Below, in pieces: positions 26,399 through 36,232 of a DNA stretch of 39,915 bases. Numbering within the stretch: the stretch's first letter is position 1; every line of letters starts with the position of its first letter. The stretch spans positions 1 through 39,915 of the forward strand of contig SICO01000001.1 in NCBI GenBank assembly GCA_009691435.1. The letters are read 5' to 3'. Origin of the DNA: Candidatus Saccharimonadota bacterium (GTDB lineage Bacteria > Patescibacteriota > Saccharimonadia > CAILAD01 > BJGX01). The position numbers and the translations under genes were made by a program. Below the pieces are notes generated by a model that did not search any database, was not told the origin of the DNA, and saw only the letters and a program-made list of their open reading frames with translations.

Positions 26399-26842
26399 TT
26401 AAGATAGTTTCTGCTTTGCCAGCTGAGCAATCAAGCCCCCATCTGCTTGACCAGCTGTTTTTTGGCGAACATGGCCAATAACCTTACCCATATCTGCCAT
26501 TGAACTGGCGCCTAACTCCGTAATTGCTGAGTCAACTGCCTTACTAACATCTGTCTCGCTCATTTGCGCCGGTAAATACTTTTCAATAATATCTAGTTCG
26601 GCCTGCTCCTCACTCACTAAATCTTGCCTATTAGCGGCGCCAAATTGATTAATTGAATCCTGGTGTTTTTTGGCTTCTTTTTGAAGTACCGAGAGGGACT
26701 CTTGCATAGTCAAATCACGGCCTAGCTCTATTTGATAATTCTTAAGTGAGCTTTTTAAAAGCCTTAGAGTCGTGGTACGCACCTCATCGCGCAATTTCAT
26801 AGCAACGACTAAATCAGACTCTAATTGCTGAGTTAAGTCCAC
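26399..26842 (-). CDS. yqeY: GatB/YqeY domain protein
   Basis: AMK..D..R..TLRLLKS, YLPAQMSE, DMGKVIG, ADG. Confidence 0.92.
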   Translation of the reverse strand: MDLTQQLESDLVVAMKLRDEVRTTTLRLLKSSLKNYQIELGRDLTMQESLSVLQKEAKKHQDSINQFGAANRQDLVSEEQAELDIIEKYLPAQMSETDVSKAVDSAITELGASSMADMGKVIGHVRQKTAGQADGGLIAQLAKQKLS

Positions 26843-27051
26843 TATCCCATTCCGATTAGTTCGCGTATTTTCTGTTCCTTGCGAACTCTTTTGCGGATAG
26901 CAACGGCTCTAGCTTCAGCCTTCGAAATCGGCTTCTGAAAATACTTTTTCTGACGGGCAGTAGTTAATATACCTGATTGTATGACTTTTTTATTAAAGCG
27001 TCTAACCAAGTTTTCGACTGATTCATCGTCTTTTCTGATAACCTGTAGCAA
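26842..27051 (-). CDS. rpsU: 30S ribosomal protein S21
   Basis: ESVENLVRRFNKKV..SGIL...YFQKP; TTG start with AAGGAG SD. Confidence 0.9.
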   Translation of the reverse strand: MLQVIRKDDESVENLVRRFNKKVIQSGILTTARQKKYFQKPISKAEARAVAIRKRVRKEQKIRELIGMG

Positions 27052-27119
27052 CTGGCACTCCTTTAGGATTATTAAAATATTTTAAATCCGTGTAATTATA
27101 TCTGAAAATGCTAAAAAAC

Positions 27120-28388
27120 TCAAGGGCTAAGCAGTGCCTTGAGAGTAGCAATAAGTTTATCCCTGCTGATAACCTGCTGATTCCCGCTCGCCAAGTCTTT
27201 AATGATGACCTCGTTTAATTTTGCCTCCCTGTTGCCAATTACAATGGCGTGCTTAGCCTTAGATTTACTGGCTAGCGCCAACTGATCCCCGAGAGACTTC
27301 TTAGATAGATTGGCCCTAACTCGAAAGCCTTCATTGAGTAAATATTCACGCACTACTTCTGCCTCATTGGTTGCCTGCCCACCAATGGCTACCACGAATA
27401 CATCTGGCGGGGTAGCGTCTGGGACAAACTTTAAATGCTCCAATTCTAGCTTAATTCTCTCAACGCCTAGCCCCATACCAACGGCCGGAGTATCAGCCCC
27501 ACCCATTTGCTGGACAAGCTTATCGTATCGCCCGCCACCGCCGAGGCTATCCCTTGCTGTCCCGCTGGTTGATAAAAACTCAAAAACCGTACCATTATAA
27601 TAATCAAGCCCTCTAACTAGCCTACTATTGAGCTGATAAGCTACGCCGCAGCGCTCTAGCAATTCTAAAATCTGCTGAAACCTTGCAGAGGATTCCTTAC
27701 CTAAGTAATCTAAAATCTGTGGAGAATCTTCAATCAGCTGAACGACATTAGGGTCCTTGCTATCTAGGATACGGAGTGGATTAGTCTCTAGCTGTTTTTT
27801 GTTAATATCAGGTAAATCTGCCGAGTACTTGGTAAAATATTTTTTCAAAACCTCAATGTATTTTTTGCGGTCTTCAGCCGAGCCAATACAATTAATAGAT
27901 AGTAGATAGCCAATTCCTAGCTTGTTAAAGAGTCTAGCCCCAAGATTTATGACCTGTACATCACTATTAGGTGTAGGGTCGCCAAAAATTTCTAAGCCCA
28001 GCTGGTTGTGCTGTCTGTAGCGCCCCGATTGAGGTCTTTCATACCTAAAATTTGGCTCAAGGTAATATAGTAGCACTGGCTTAGGCAAGCTATTCATACC
28101 GTTCTCGATATAAGACCTAGCCACTCCTGCCGTACTCTCTGGTTTCAATGTCAGGCTATTACCAGATTTATCATCAAAGCTATACATCTCCTTACTAACA
28201 ACCTCGGTGCCTTCCCCGACAGCTCTAGTAAATAAAGCCGTTGACTCCAAAATCGGCGTCGAGATTCTCTCTATACCAGCAGATTCGCAAAGACCGATAT
28301 AGGTTTCAGTTATATGAGCCCAGAGTACTTGATCGCTAGGCAATATATCCTGCATGCCTCTAGGTTTTTGATATTCTATTTGTCCCAT
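27120..28388 (-). CDS. hisS: Histidyl-tRNA synthetase
   Basis: PRGMQD, KEMY, LKPESTA, FRYERPQSGRYRQ, LVRGLDYY, GGGRYD. Confidence 0.97.
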   Translation of the reverse strand: MGQIEYQKPRGMQDILPSDQVLWAHITETYIGLCESAGIERISTPILESTALFTRAVGEGTEVVSKEMYSFDDKSGNSLTLKPESTAGVARSYIENGMNSLPKPVLLYYLEPNFRYERPQSGRYRQHNQLGLEIFGDPTPNSDVQVINLGARLFNKLGIGYLLSINCIGSAEDRKKYIEVLKKYFTKYSADLPDINKKQLETNPLRILDSKDPNVVQLIEDSPQILDYLGKESSARFQQILELLERCGVAYQLNSRLVRGLDYYNGTVFEFLSTSGTARDSLGGGGRYDKLVQQMGGADTPAVGMGLGVERIKLELEHLKFVPDATPPDVFVVAIGGQATNEAEVVREYLLNEGFRVRANLSKKSLGDQLALASKSKAKHAIVIGNREAKLNEVIIKDLASGNQQVISRDKLIATLKALLSP

Positions 28389-28608
28389 ATATACATTTTA
28401 GCTACAAATTAATATTTCAACAAACCCTAACTAATGAATAAATTATTTAATTAAGGATTATAAGGTTTAAATATTACCCTTCAGATATAGTATTGATTTA
28501 CGATACTGGTAGCGAGTTTACTATCTATACTATGATACTTATGTACTAGATAGTACTAGCTATAATTAGAGTGCAAATACTATACGAAACTCAGCACTTA
28601 GAACAACT

Positions 28609-30288
28609 TTAGTGTTCATATGGCCTAATATCAATTATCTCTAATTGGTGCTGTCTTTTGTTTTGCCAGATATTTTCGCTCAGCTCAAAGACTAGTTCAA
28701 TGGTCTTGCTATTTTCTAGCCACCGGTAAGAGCTGGCCATACCAAACCCAATCGCTGTATGCTGGTTGCCATTAGTATCAACTAACTGCAAGCGTAGATG
28801 CGAAGAATCATCCCCGACTAGCCTAATTTGCACAATTTCGTATCGGCCCATCAAATACGGTCTTTTATTGGCATTCCCAAATGGCGCTAACTGAGTAATC
28901 TCATCATATAGTTTGATATTGGCACTTTGACTAGATAAATTAACTCCAACCGTGAGAGTCCTAAAGTTATTCTTAACGTCCATATTAGCAGCGGCATACT
29001 GATTTATTCTATAGCGTAACTCTGTTAGCCGATCTGTCTTTAGCTTTAGGCCAGCCGCAAAGCTATGCCCACCGCAACTCTCTAGAAAATCCTCACAGCT
29101 CCTGATGGCCTTAATAATATCAAATGTCCCGTAACTTCTCGCTGAGCCCTTAGATACTTCTCCTAGTTCCTGCAAAATAATTGTTGGCTTATGCCATTTT
29201 TCAGATATTTTGCTTGCTACAATGCCGACTACACCATGTGACCACTCGGGGTCTGATAGCACCAATATCGGATCTCTCTTATAGCGGCTGGCTTGCTTGC
29301 TGCAAGCCGCCAATATCTCTTTAGTAGCTTGTTGTCTTTTGTAATTAAGCTCGCCGAGTTCTAGGGCAATTGCCTCTGCTGCTTGAGGGTCCTTAGTAAT
29401 TAATAAATCTAAAGCTTTTTGAGCGTGCGCTAAACGCCCGGCAGCATTGAGCCTTGGTCCTATTTTGAAACCTAAATCAATTTCATTGGCGATTTTTATA
29501 TCAACCATAGAGCTCTTAGCCAGTGCCAGCAAGCCTTGCCTATGAGTCATTTTGAGTACTCTCAACCCATAGCTAGCTAAAATTCTATTATCACCGACTA
29601 GTGGTACGACATCGCAAATTGTCCCTAGCGCTACCAAATCTAGTAGCCATTTCTCATGGCCAGGTTTTAATAAATCAGTTTTCGTTTGCAACGCTCGCAC
29701 GAGGTAGAATGCTACTCCGACGCCAGCTAGATACTCAAGTTTATTTTTTTTATCTAACTTCGGGTTGACGCAGGCAATAGCCCCTTTGGGGATACCGCCA
29801 TCTGGTTCATGGTGGTCGGTGATAATTAAATCAATACCTATTTTCTGAGCTACCTTTGCCTGCTCATGAGCTGTTGTGCCACAATCAACCGTAATTATTA
29901 GGTCGTTTTTTTGCTTCTTTAGTTTTTTAATAGCCTCTGAGTTAAGCCCATAGCCTTCCTCGAACCTATCTGGGATATAGAGCCCGACCTCTACCCCCAT
30001 TGTAGTTAATGCATCATACAAAAGAGCCGAAGCACTTAAGCCATCGATATCGTAATCGCCATAAATAACTATCTTTTCTTTGGCTTTAATGGCGCGCAGT
30101 ATTCGACGGACTGCTTTATCCATACCAGGCAAAGCAAAAGGGTCAGATAGTCCATTATTATAATCAGGCTCCAAAAAGTTCTGGGCTTGGTCTCGGCTTA
30201 ATCCTCTATGAGCTAGAAGTTTATTAGGAACATCAATATCGCTGTCTATCTCAAAGGCCTTAGAATAATCCCAAATAATTTTTTGCAT
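28609..30288 (-). CDS. recJ: Single-stranded DNA exonuclease RecJ
   Basis: YGDYDIDG, PDRFEEGYG, TVDCG, TDHH, GTICDVVPL, PRLNAAGR, GGH..AAG, PFGNAN. Confidence 0.96.
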   Translation of the reverse strand: MQKIIWDYSKAFEIDSDIDVPNKLLAHRGLSRDQAQNFLEPDYNNGLSDPFALPGMDKAVRRILRAIKAKEKIVIYGDYDIDGLSASALLYDALTTMGVEVGLYIPDRFEEGYGLNSEAIKKLKKQKNDLIITVDCGTTAHEQAKVAQKIGIDLIITDHHEPDGGIPKGAIACVNPKLDKKNKLEYLAGVGVAFYLVRALQTKTDLLKPGHEKWLLDLVALGTICDVVPLVGDNRILASYGLRVLKMTHRQGLLALAKSSMVDIKIANEIDLGFKIGPRLNAAGRLAHAQKALDLLITKDPQAAEAIALELGELNYKRQQATKEILAACSKQASRYKRDPILVLSDPEWSHGVVGIVASKISEKWHKPTIILQELGEVSKGSARSYGTFDIIKAIRSCEDFLESCGGHSFAAGLKLKTDRLTELRYRINQYAAANMDVKNNFRTLTVGVNLSSQSANIKLYDEITQLAPFGNANKRPYLMGRYEIVQIRLVGDDSSHLRLQLVDTNGNQHTAIGFGMASSYRWLENSKTIELVFELSENIWQNKRQHQLEIIDIRPYEH

Positions 30289-30380
30289 AAATCTAGTCTA
30301 AACTAAAAACTACTAAAAAATAATAAATGCTAGTCTAATTTATTGTAAGAAAAAATCTGAACCTGTTCTAGATTTAAATC

Positions 30381-30522
30381 CAGCGGGGGTGATGGCGGCA
30401 TATCTCTGGCGATCATTGTGCAAGTGGCGTTGTGTTTCGGCGAGCTTAGATTGCTTGCCAAACACAAACTCTGAGCAGCGAATAGTTCTAATGATTGTAT
30501 GTATTTGTTTTATTTTGACCTG
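30381..30522 (+). ncRNA. Candidate structured non-coding RNA (family unassigned)
   Basis: GC-richer island in an AT-rich spacer; nested helices 30430-30445/30453-30467 and 30409-30418/30489-30498, with G-U pairs on the + strand; T-rich tail. Confidence 0.35.
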
Positions 30523-30554
30523 ACTTTTTGTTTTTTAATAATATAACTACATTA

Positions 30555-30824
30555 CTACCTCTTATTGGATGTTTTGAGTACCATCCCCTGTAATTCCTTA
30601 AATAGTATGAAGTTCTGATTAACACCATAGACCTTGGTATTTGCCTCTTTATAGGCCTTGAGATAGCCAATTTTCTCTAACCTTGCCAGTTCCCTGCTAA
30701 TATTACCCGGATCTTCTTTAGTAATTTTGGCTAAACCTCTAATATGCACCCTATAGTCAGGGTACTTACTAAATAGGGTGATTATTTTGCGTCTTGTCTT
30801 AGAAGTAATAAAATACTGTAACAT
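30555..30824 (-). CDS. Winged helix-turn-helix transcriptional regulator (ArsR-like)
   Basis: SKTRRKIITLF..P....IRGLAKIT....GNISRELARLEKIGYL....ANTKVYGVN. Confidence 0.85.
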   Translation of the reverse strand: MLQYFITSKTRRKIITLFSKYPDYRVHIRGLAKITKEDPGNISRELARLEKIGYLKAYKEANTKVYGVNQNFILFKELQGMVLKTSNKR

Positions 30825-30848
30825 TTGTTTTGACCTCTTATTAATAAT

Positions 30849-30877
30849 ATTTTACTCCGTAAAAGTAAAAAAGACAA
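30849..30877 (-). promoter_or_regulatory. Promoter of the wHTH gene with an embedded inverted repeat (candidate operator)
   Basis: TTGTCT-N17-TAAAAT; TTTTACT-N7-AGTAAAA at 30850-30870 covers the spacer and the -10. Confidence 0.55.
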
Positions 30878-30931
30878 CACTTTTTCAAGCATAACTTTTG
30901 TGGTAAAATTAAACATGAGTAAAATCAATAT

Positions 30932-31447
30932 ATGGATAGATACTGCCCAGAATGTAATTCAACTATGACACCAAGTTTGGTGGGCTATCTGTGCTCAAAT
31001 TGTGGGAATATGCAAAGATTTTATACTGAATCTAATCCGCTATTCATAAGTCATACCGAGATGCCCATGCCTACTGCTAACCCCAGCCCCCAACAGCCCC
31101 CTACTGCGCTTGATAGTGTTGGTAGCAATAAAATACGCTCAACCTTAAAAAGACTAATGGTACCAGAGCTTCCTCCTCCGCACGGCTACGATTCAACAGC
31201 GACAGTTGATGGCATTAGTAGCCCCCAGCCGAGTAGTCCCCAGCCGAGTAGTCCTCTGCCGAGTAGCCCTCTATCAACATATGACCATCAGCCTATCCCG
31301 CCATCAGAAGTATTTACCAATAAGCAGCCCGCACCAGTCGCGCAGCGCGATACCGAACTCGACCTATGGCTATGGATTTGCATTACATTGGTCGTACTAT
31401 CGGCTGGGACTTTGATATTTTATTTCGCCCTAGGCTACCTAGCCTAA
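30932..31447 (+). CDS. Zinc-ribbon, Pro/Ser-rich, C-terminally anchored membrane protein
   Basis: CPEC...CSNC at the N-terminus, low-complexity linker, single C-terminal TM. Confidence 0.8.
   Translation: MDRYCPECNSTMTPSLVGYLCSNCGNMQRFYTESNPLFISHTEMPMPTANPSPQQPPTALDSVGSNKIRSTLKRLMVPELPPPHGYDSTATVDGISSPQPSSPQPSSPLPSSPLSTYDHQPIPPSEVFTNKQPAPVAQRDTELDLWLWICITLVVLSAGTLIFYFALGYLA
31217..31276 (+). repeat. Coding tandem repeat, 4 x 15 bp (SSPQP/SSPLP)
   Basis: agtagcccccagccg agtagtccccagccg agtagtcctctgccg agtagccctctatca. Confidence 0.9.
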
Positions 31448-31462
31448 CGACTTAAGTTTCTG

Positions 31463-32374
31463 CTACCTCTTAGCTTTAGTTTTTTTAATTTTCCAATTAT
31501 TATAAACTACTAGTAATGGTGAGGCATTAAAGATTGATGAGTATGTGCCTGAAATTATCCCGATTAGTAGTGCTAAGATAAAGTATTTAATAGACTCTCC
31601 GCCGAATAGATAAAAAGCTAGCAGCACAATAACTACCGTAATGGATGTATTAAGAGATCTGGCTAGAGTTTCGTTAATAGAAATATTGACAACTTCCTCG
31701 AATGGCCTGTTAAGGCGCCGAAGGTTCTCGCGAATTCTATCATAAACTACTATGGTATCATGCACTGAGAAACCAATAACTGTTAATATCGCCGTTACAA
31801 ACAGGCTATCTATCTGCACCCCAAAGAAATGCCCAAGAATTGCAAAAATACCTAACACGAATAGAGCATCGTGCAGTAAGGCGATAATTGCTGTTACACC
31901 AAAACTCCAGGGGCTAACTGGCGGTGGAGTATTGCGGAAAGCGAATGCAACATATAAAAGTATTGCAATCGATGCCAATGCTACGCCGAATAAAGCACGC
32001 CTTGTGATATCCTCACTAACTGATGGCCCGATAGAGCTGAAGGAAGTTTCGGCTAAGCCCTTTTGTTTTAGGAGCACATTAATATTTTGCCGGATTTGCT
32101 GTGCATCGCCTAGTTCTGACGCCAAGCCTTTATCGCTATAGCGAACCAAAAGCCTATCGCTCCCACTGGTAGTAACAGTTATCTCTTTGACGCCAATTTG
32201 CGCAACAATATCATGAAGCTCGCTCTGGGTTATCTGCCCGGCTACCTCTATCTCCTGCCCTCCTGTAAAATCAATCCCCGGTTTGAGCCCCCAGACAAAT
32301 AATGCTATCGTACCAGGCACGATTAGTAGTATAGAAATTGTAAACCATAGCTTGCGCTTGCCTACGATATTCAT
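31463..32374 (-). CDS. secF: Protein translocase subunit SecF
   Basis: GIDFTGG, IGPSVS, LLHD, GFSVHDTIVVYDRIREN, TLARSLNTS, GTYSSIF. Confidence 0.96.
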   Translation of the reverse strand: MNIVGKRKLWFTISILLIVPGTIALFVWGLKPGIDFTGGQEIEVAGQITQSELHDIVAQIGVKEITVTTSGSDRLLVRYSDKGLASELGDAQQIRQNINVLLKQKGLAETSFSSIGPSVSEDITRRALFGVALASIAILLYVAFAFRNTPPPVSPWSFGVTAIIALLHDALFVLGIFAILGHFFGVQIDSLFVTAILTVIGFSVHDTIVVYDRIRENLRRLNRPFEEVVNISINETLARSLNTSITVVIVLLAFYLFGGESIKYFILALLIGIISGTYSSIFNASPLLVVYNNWKIKKTKAKR

Positions 32375-33672
32375 TGGTTAGTCTCGCTTTCCATCTTAAT
32401 ACGGTAAGAGCTAGGCTTAGAACCAATTTTAGTCCGCACCACAGCTTGCATTAATGTCCTGGAAATTGTAATAGCGGTAAACATACTCACGATTACACCA
32501 ATTGCCAGAGTTACCGCAAACCCCCTAATAATTGGGATGCCAGAAATATAAAGTATCGTACAGGTTATTAGCGTTGAGACATTAGAGTCCCTAATACTCG
32601 TCCAGGCTCGCTTAAAACCGGTGTCCATACCTACTGCCACTGAGCTACCGGCTCGAATCTCTTCCTTCATACGCTCAAAAATCAAGATATTAGCATCTAC
32701 GGCCATGCCAATGCTCAGTACAAAGCCAGCGATGCCGGCAAGAGTTAGTACGATGGGCGACTGAGTTAGCCCAGATAGCTTAAAAATGTCAATCGTGATC
32801 AATGAATATATGACTAGAGCGCCAGCTGCTACTAAGCCAGCCAAACGATAATAAATAATCATGAATACCAAGACTGCTACTAAGCCAACTAAGCCAGCAA
32901 ACAGGCTGCGCTGAATAGATTCGGCGCCTAAGGTAGCACCAACTGTCCTTTGCTCTACCAAGCTAACTGGCACTGGTAGAGCGCCGGCATTGAGTAAATC
33001 TGCTGTAGCTTTGGCATCCTTGAGACCCTTAAAGCCTGTCATCTCCCCTTTACCGTCGGTGATTGGGGTTGAGACTGTACCATTAAATAATGGCTCGTTA
33101 TCTAAAATAATTACTAGCCGTTCATTCTTCTGATTAATCCTTTTAGTTAAGTCGGCAAATTTTTGTATCGAGCCACCTTTCATTTGGAAGACTACAATCG
33201 GCTGACCAGTTTCAGCATTCATATCAGAAGTAGCGTTTTCTAAATCTTCGCCGTTAATATCGGTGGCCGCTGGGATATTATCTGCACCGACCGACAAAAA
33301 TGTTAATTGAGCAGTCTTGCCAATTAACCCTACAGCTTGGTCAATATCATTAACACCAGGAAGCTGGATGCTGATCCTATCGTTACCCGATGTCTGAACT
33401 ACAACTTCAGATGTACCGCTAGGGTTAACACGCTTGTTAATAACATTAATAACTCCTTGGATAGCCTTGGCACGATCCTCTGCGGCGGTTTTTGAAAGGT
33501 CTGCTTGGTAGGTTAAGCTGGCGCCGCCTTGCAAATCCAGCCCCAACCTTACATTCATTTTTGCATCACCAATACCTAGTAGAGAGAAAAGCTTGTCCTC
33601 TCTGGGTAGTGCCAAGAGCACCAGAACTACAGCCAATGCAGCTATTAAGTAGAGTTTCGTTGATAGTTTCAT
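32371..33672 (-). CDS. secD: Protein translocase subunit SecD
   Basis: LGLDLQGG, GALPVP, VGATLG, GMAVDANILIFER, IRDSN; ATG at 33672 preferred over GTG at 33678. Confidence 0.96.
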   Translation of the reverse strand: MKLSTKLYLIAALAVVLVLLALPREDKLFSLLGIGDAKMNVRLGLDLQGGASLTYQADLSKTAAEDRAKAIQGVINVINKRVNPSGTSEVVVQTSGNDRISIQLPGVNDIDQAVGLIGKTAQLTFLSVGADNIPAATDINGEDLENATSDMNAETGQPIVVFQMKGGSIQKFADLTKRINQKNERLVIILDNEPLFNGTVSTPITDGKGEMTGFKGLKDAKATADLLNAGALPVPVSLVEQRTVGATLGAESIQRSLFAGLVGLVAVLVFMIIYYRLAGLVAAGALVIYSLITIDIFKLSGLTQSPIVLTLAGIAGFVLSIGMAVDANILIFERMKEEIRAGSSVAVGMDTGFKRAWTSIRDSNVSTLITCTILYISGIPIIRGFAVTLAIGVIVSMFTAITISRTLMQAVVRTKIGSKPSSYRIKMESETNQ

Positions 33673-33743
33673 TAACACCTATTATATGTAGATTACAGAC
33701 ATTGTACAAGCAATTATATTTGGGCTAGGGTACAATACATACT

Positions 33744-35669
33744 ATGTATGCCGAGGTAAATGTTATAGCGTATAGGGGTGCCAGCAGGCGAACATTCACC
33801 TATTTAATTGGTGAGTCAGTGGATGTGCACATTGGGAGCCTTGTAGAAATTAAATTTGGCGACAAAACTAGCATTGGTATCGTCCATAGGATTACTAATC
33901 TGCCACCTCCTAAAAATATTAAATTACAAAATATTAAAAGCGTCTTAGGTATTAATCCCTTACCAAAACACCTGCTCGCACTCGGCGAGTGGATAATTGA
34001 TTATTATGTTGCTACGCCTGCTAGTGTTTGGCAATTAATGATACCCAAGAACCCTACCACCAAACCGAGTAAACAATTTGCTAACCTCAGCCATGAGATT
34101 AAAGATCTAGTTAGACTAACCCCTGCTCAATCTAAGGCCTACTCTAAAATATTAAATTCTACTAAGCCTGTGCTGCTACAAGGCGCAATGGGTTCGGGCA
34201 AGACGGAAATATATTTTCATCTTATTGATACAATGCTACGAGTCGGCAAATCGGCAATTCTACTAATGCCAGAGATATTTTTAACGAACCAAATGATAGA
34301 GCGCACCCAGCGGCATTTTGCCGACAAGCTAGTCGTTACACACTCTGGGCTGACGCCTGCCGAACGAAGAGCGGCGTGGGTTCGTTGTAGCAACAGCTCC
34401 CAATCGTCGCCACTAGTTATCTTGGGGGCCCGCTCGGCACTATTTATGCCAGTTAATAACTTGGGGGCAATCATTGTTGATGAATGCCACGAACAAAGCT
34501 ACAAACAGGACTCTAGCCCTCGTTACCAGAGCGAAATGGTGGCTGCTAAACTAGCCAAGATAACTGGGGCAAAGCTCGTGCTAGGTAGTGCTACGCCATC
34601 GATTAATACGCGTTTTTTAGCCGATGCTGGCAAGCTAGAATGTATCAAACTAGAAGAGCGTGCTATCTCCTCGGCCCACCCACATATCAAAATTATTCAA
34701 AAAAACCAGCCAGCTGAGATATTTAGCACTGAACTGACCAATGCCATCAATAACGCCCTAAAGCAACAAAAACTGACAATGCTTTACCTCAACCGCCGTG
34801 GCACTGCGCCAATTTTTACCTGTAATGATTGCGGGCATAATTTTGAATGCACAAACTGTAGGGTCAACCTCCATTTGCATGCCGACAGTATGCGGCTCAT
34901 TTGCCATATTTGCAATTACTCCCAAGCACCTCCGGGTAAATGCCCGACTTGTGACAACACGAACCTACGGGGCATAGGCATTGGTACAAAAGCAGTAGTA
35001 CAAAAAGCTAGCGAACTTTTTGAGAACGCCAGAATTGTCCGCATCGACCGCGATAGTTTTAAGCCCAAGGAATTTAATAAAATACTAAGCGAAATTGCTG
35101 GTGGCAAAGTAGATATTATTGTTGGTACTCAGATGATTGGGCGAGGTATTGATTTAGCAAATCTCCATTTGGTTGGCATCATAGATGCCGACTATGATTT
35201 GATTAATATTGATTATAACAGCCTGGAACGAGCCTTTCAGCTTTTGAGCCAGACTGCGGGGAGAGCCGGGCGACGCAAAGATCGCGGCGAGGTGATCATT
35301 CAGACCAAAAACCCTGACAACAAGTTTTTTGAGCTAATTACCAGTAACGACTACGAGAGCTTTTACCAATCCGAGTTGGCCCTGCGCAAAAAATACTCTT
35401 ACCCACCTTACTCATATCTGTTAAAATTAGAGTGTGGGTTTATTAAGCCTAATCTTGGTAAGCAAAAAGCCCTAGAACTAATCGCGAAGCTTGCCGGCGT
35501 ACGGACAATAAGTATCCTGGGGCCAGTACCAGCACACCCAGCTCTGCGAGGCCGCAGGCACATCTGGAACTTAATAATAAAAAGCCGAGACCGCAAAATA
35601 TTAGTTGATATAGCCTCGCAGCTAGAGCCATACTGGGCTATCAACCTAGACCCCTTCGGAATATCATGA
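33744..35669 (+). CDS. priA: Primosomal protein N' (replication restart helicase)
   Basis: GSGKTEIY, GARSALF, DECHEQSYKQ, LNRRG, four CxxC motifs, GTQMI, QTAGRAGR. Confidence 0.95.
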   Translation: MYAEVNVIAYRGASRRTFTYLIGESVDVHIGSLVEIKFGDKTSIGIVHRITNLPPPKNIKLQNIKSVLGINPLPKHLLALGEWIIDYYVATPASVWQLMIPKNPTTKPSKQFANLSHEIKDLVRLTPAQSKAYSKILNSTKPVLLQGAMGSGKTEIYFHLIDTMLRVGKSAILLMPEIFLTNQMIERTQRHFADKLVVTHSGLTPAERRAAWVRCSNSSQSSPLVILGARSALFMPVNNLGAIIVDECHEQSYKQDSSPRYQSEMVAAKLAKITGAKLVLGSATPSINTRFLADAGKLECIKLEERAISSAHPHIKIIQKNQPAEIFSTELTNAINNALKQQKLTMLYLNRRGTAPIFTCNDCGHNFECTNCRVNLHLHADSMRLICHICNYSQAPPGKCPTCDNTNLRGIGIGTKAVVQKASELFENARIVRIDRDSFKPKEFNKILSEIAGGKVDIIVGTQMIGRGIDLANLHLVGIIDADYDLINIDYNSLERAFQLLSQTAGRAGRRKDRGEVIIQTKNPDNKFFELITSNDYESFYQSELALRKKYSYPPYSYLLKLECGFIKPNLGKQKALELIAKLAGVRTISILGPVPAHPALRGRRHIWNLIIKSRDRKILVDIASQLEPYWAINLDPFGIS

Positions 35670-36232
35670 TAAAAAAAATAGTCACCATACCCAATAAAAT
35701 ACTTCGCTCTAAATCCAAACGGATCGGTTTCGTTGATGACTCTATCCGTCAGCTTGCTAATGATATGATCGCTACCACACTAAAGTGGGATCACGACAGT
35801 GAGTTTGGCGCTGCTCTGGCAGCCATTCAGGTCGGCGAACCACTCAAGCTAACGGTGGTGCGCAACGATTTTGATAATGCCAAAAGCAAGAAGTTTACAG
35901 CCCTAGTGAACCCAGAGATAGTTAAGACAAGTACCGAAGTCGTTAGCGATATTGAAGGTTGCTTGAGTGTGCCCGGCATCTATGGCAGAGTCAAGCGACC
36001 TCTCAAAATTAAGGTTAAGGCCCAGGATGCTAATGGCCAGCCCATTAGGCTTAGCCTCGAAGGTTTCCCGGCCAGAGTCTTACTGCATGAAATCGACCAT
36101 ATGAACGGAATAATATTTTTAGATCATATCAAAGACTCTTCCCAATTATTTAACATTGATAAAAACGGCTCACTAATGCCAATTACGCAGACTAAAAAAG
36201 ATGCTATCAAAAAAACAAACCACCTCAACTAG
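35666..36232 (+). CDS. def: Peptide deformylase
   Basis: GAALAAIQVG (variant motif 1), EGCLSVP, HEIDHMNG. Confidence 0.95.
   Translation: MIKKIVTIPNKILRSKSKRIGFVDDSIRQLANDMIATTLKWDHDSEFGAALAAIQVGEPLKLTVVRNDFDNAKSKKFTALVNPEIVKTSTEVVSDIEGCLSVPGIYGRVKRPLKIKVKAQDANGQPIRLSLEGFPARVLLHEIDHMNGIIFLDHIKDSSQLFNIDKNGSLMPITQTKKDAIKKTNHLN

Noticed and set aside
30392..30523. 43-aa Cys-rich + strand ORF (MAAYLWRSLCKW...) and SRP RNA as explanations of the structured island
   Set aside because: The G-rich run abuts the start codon with no usable spacing, and the SRP helix-8 tetraloop motif is absent.
31217..31276. CRISPR-like repeat
   Set aside because: These are in-frame 15-bp tandem coding repeats without spacers, and no cas genes are present.
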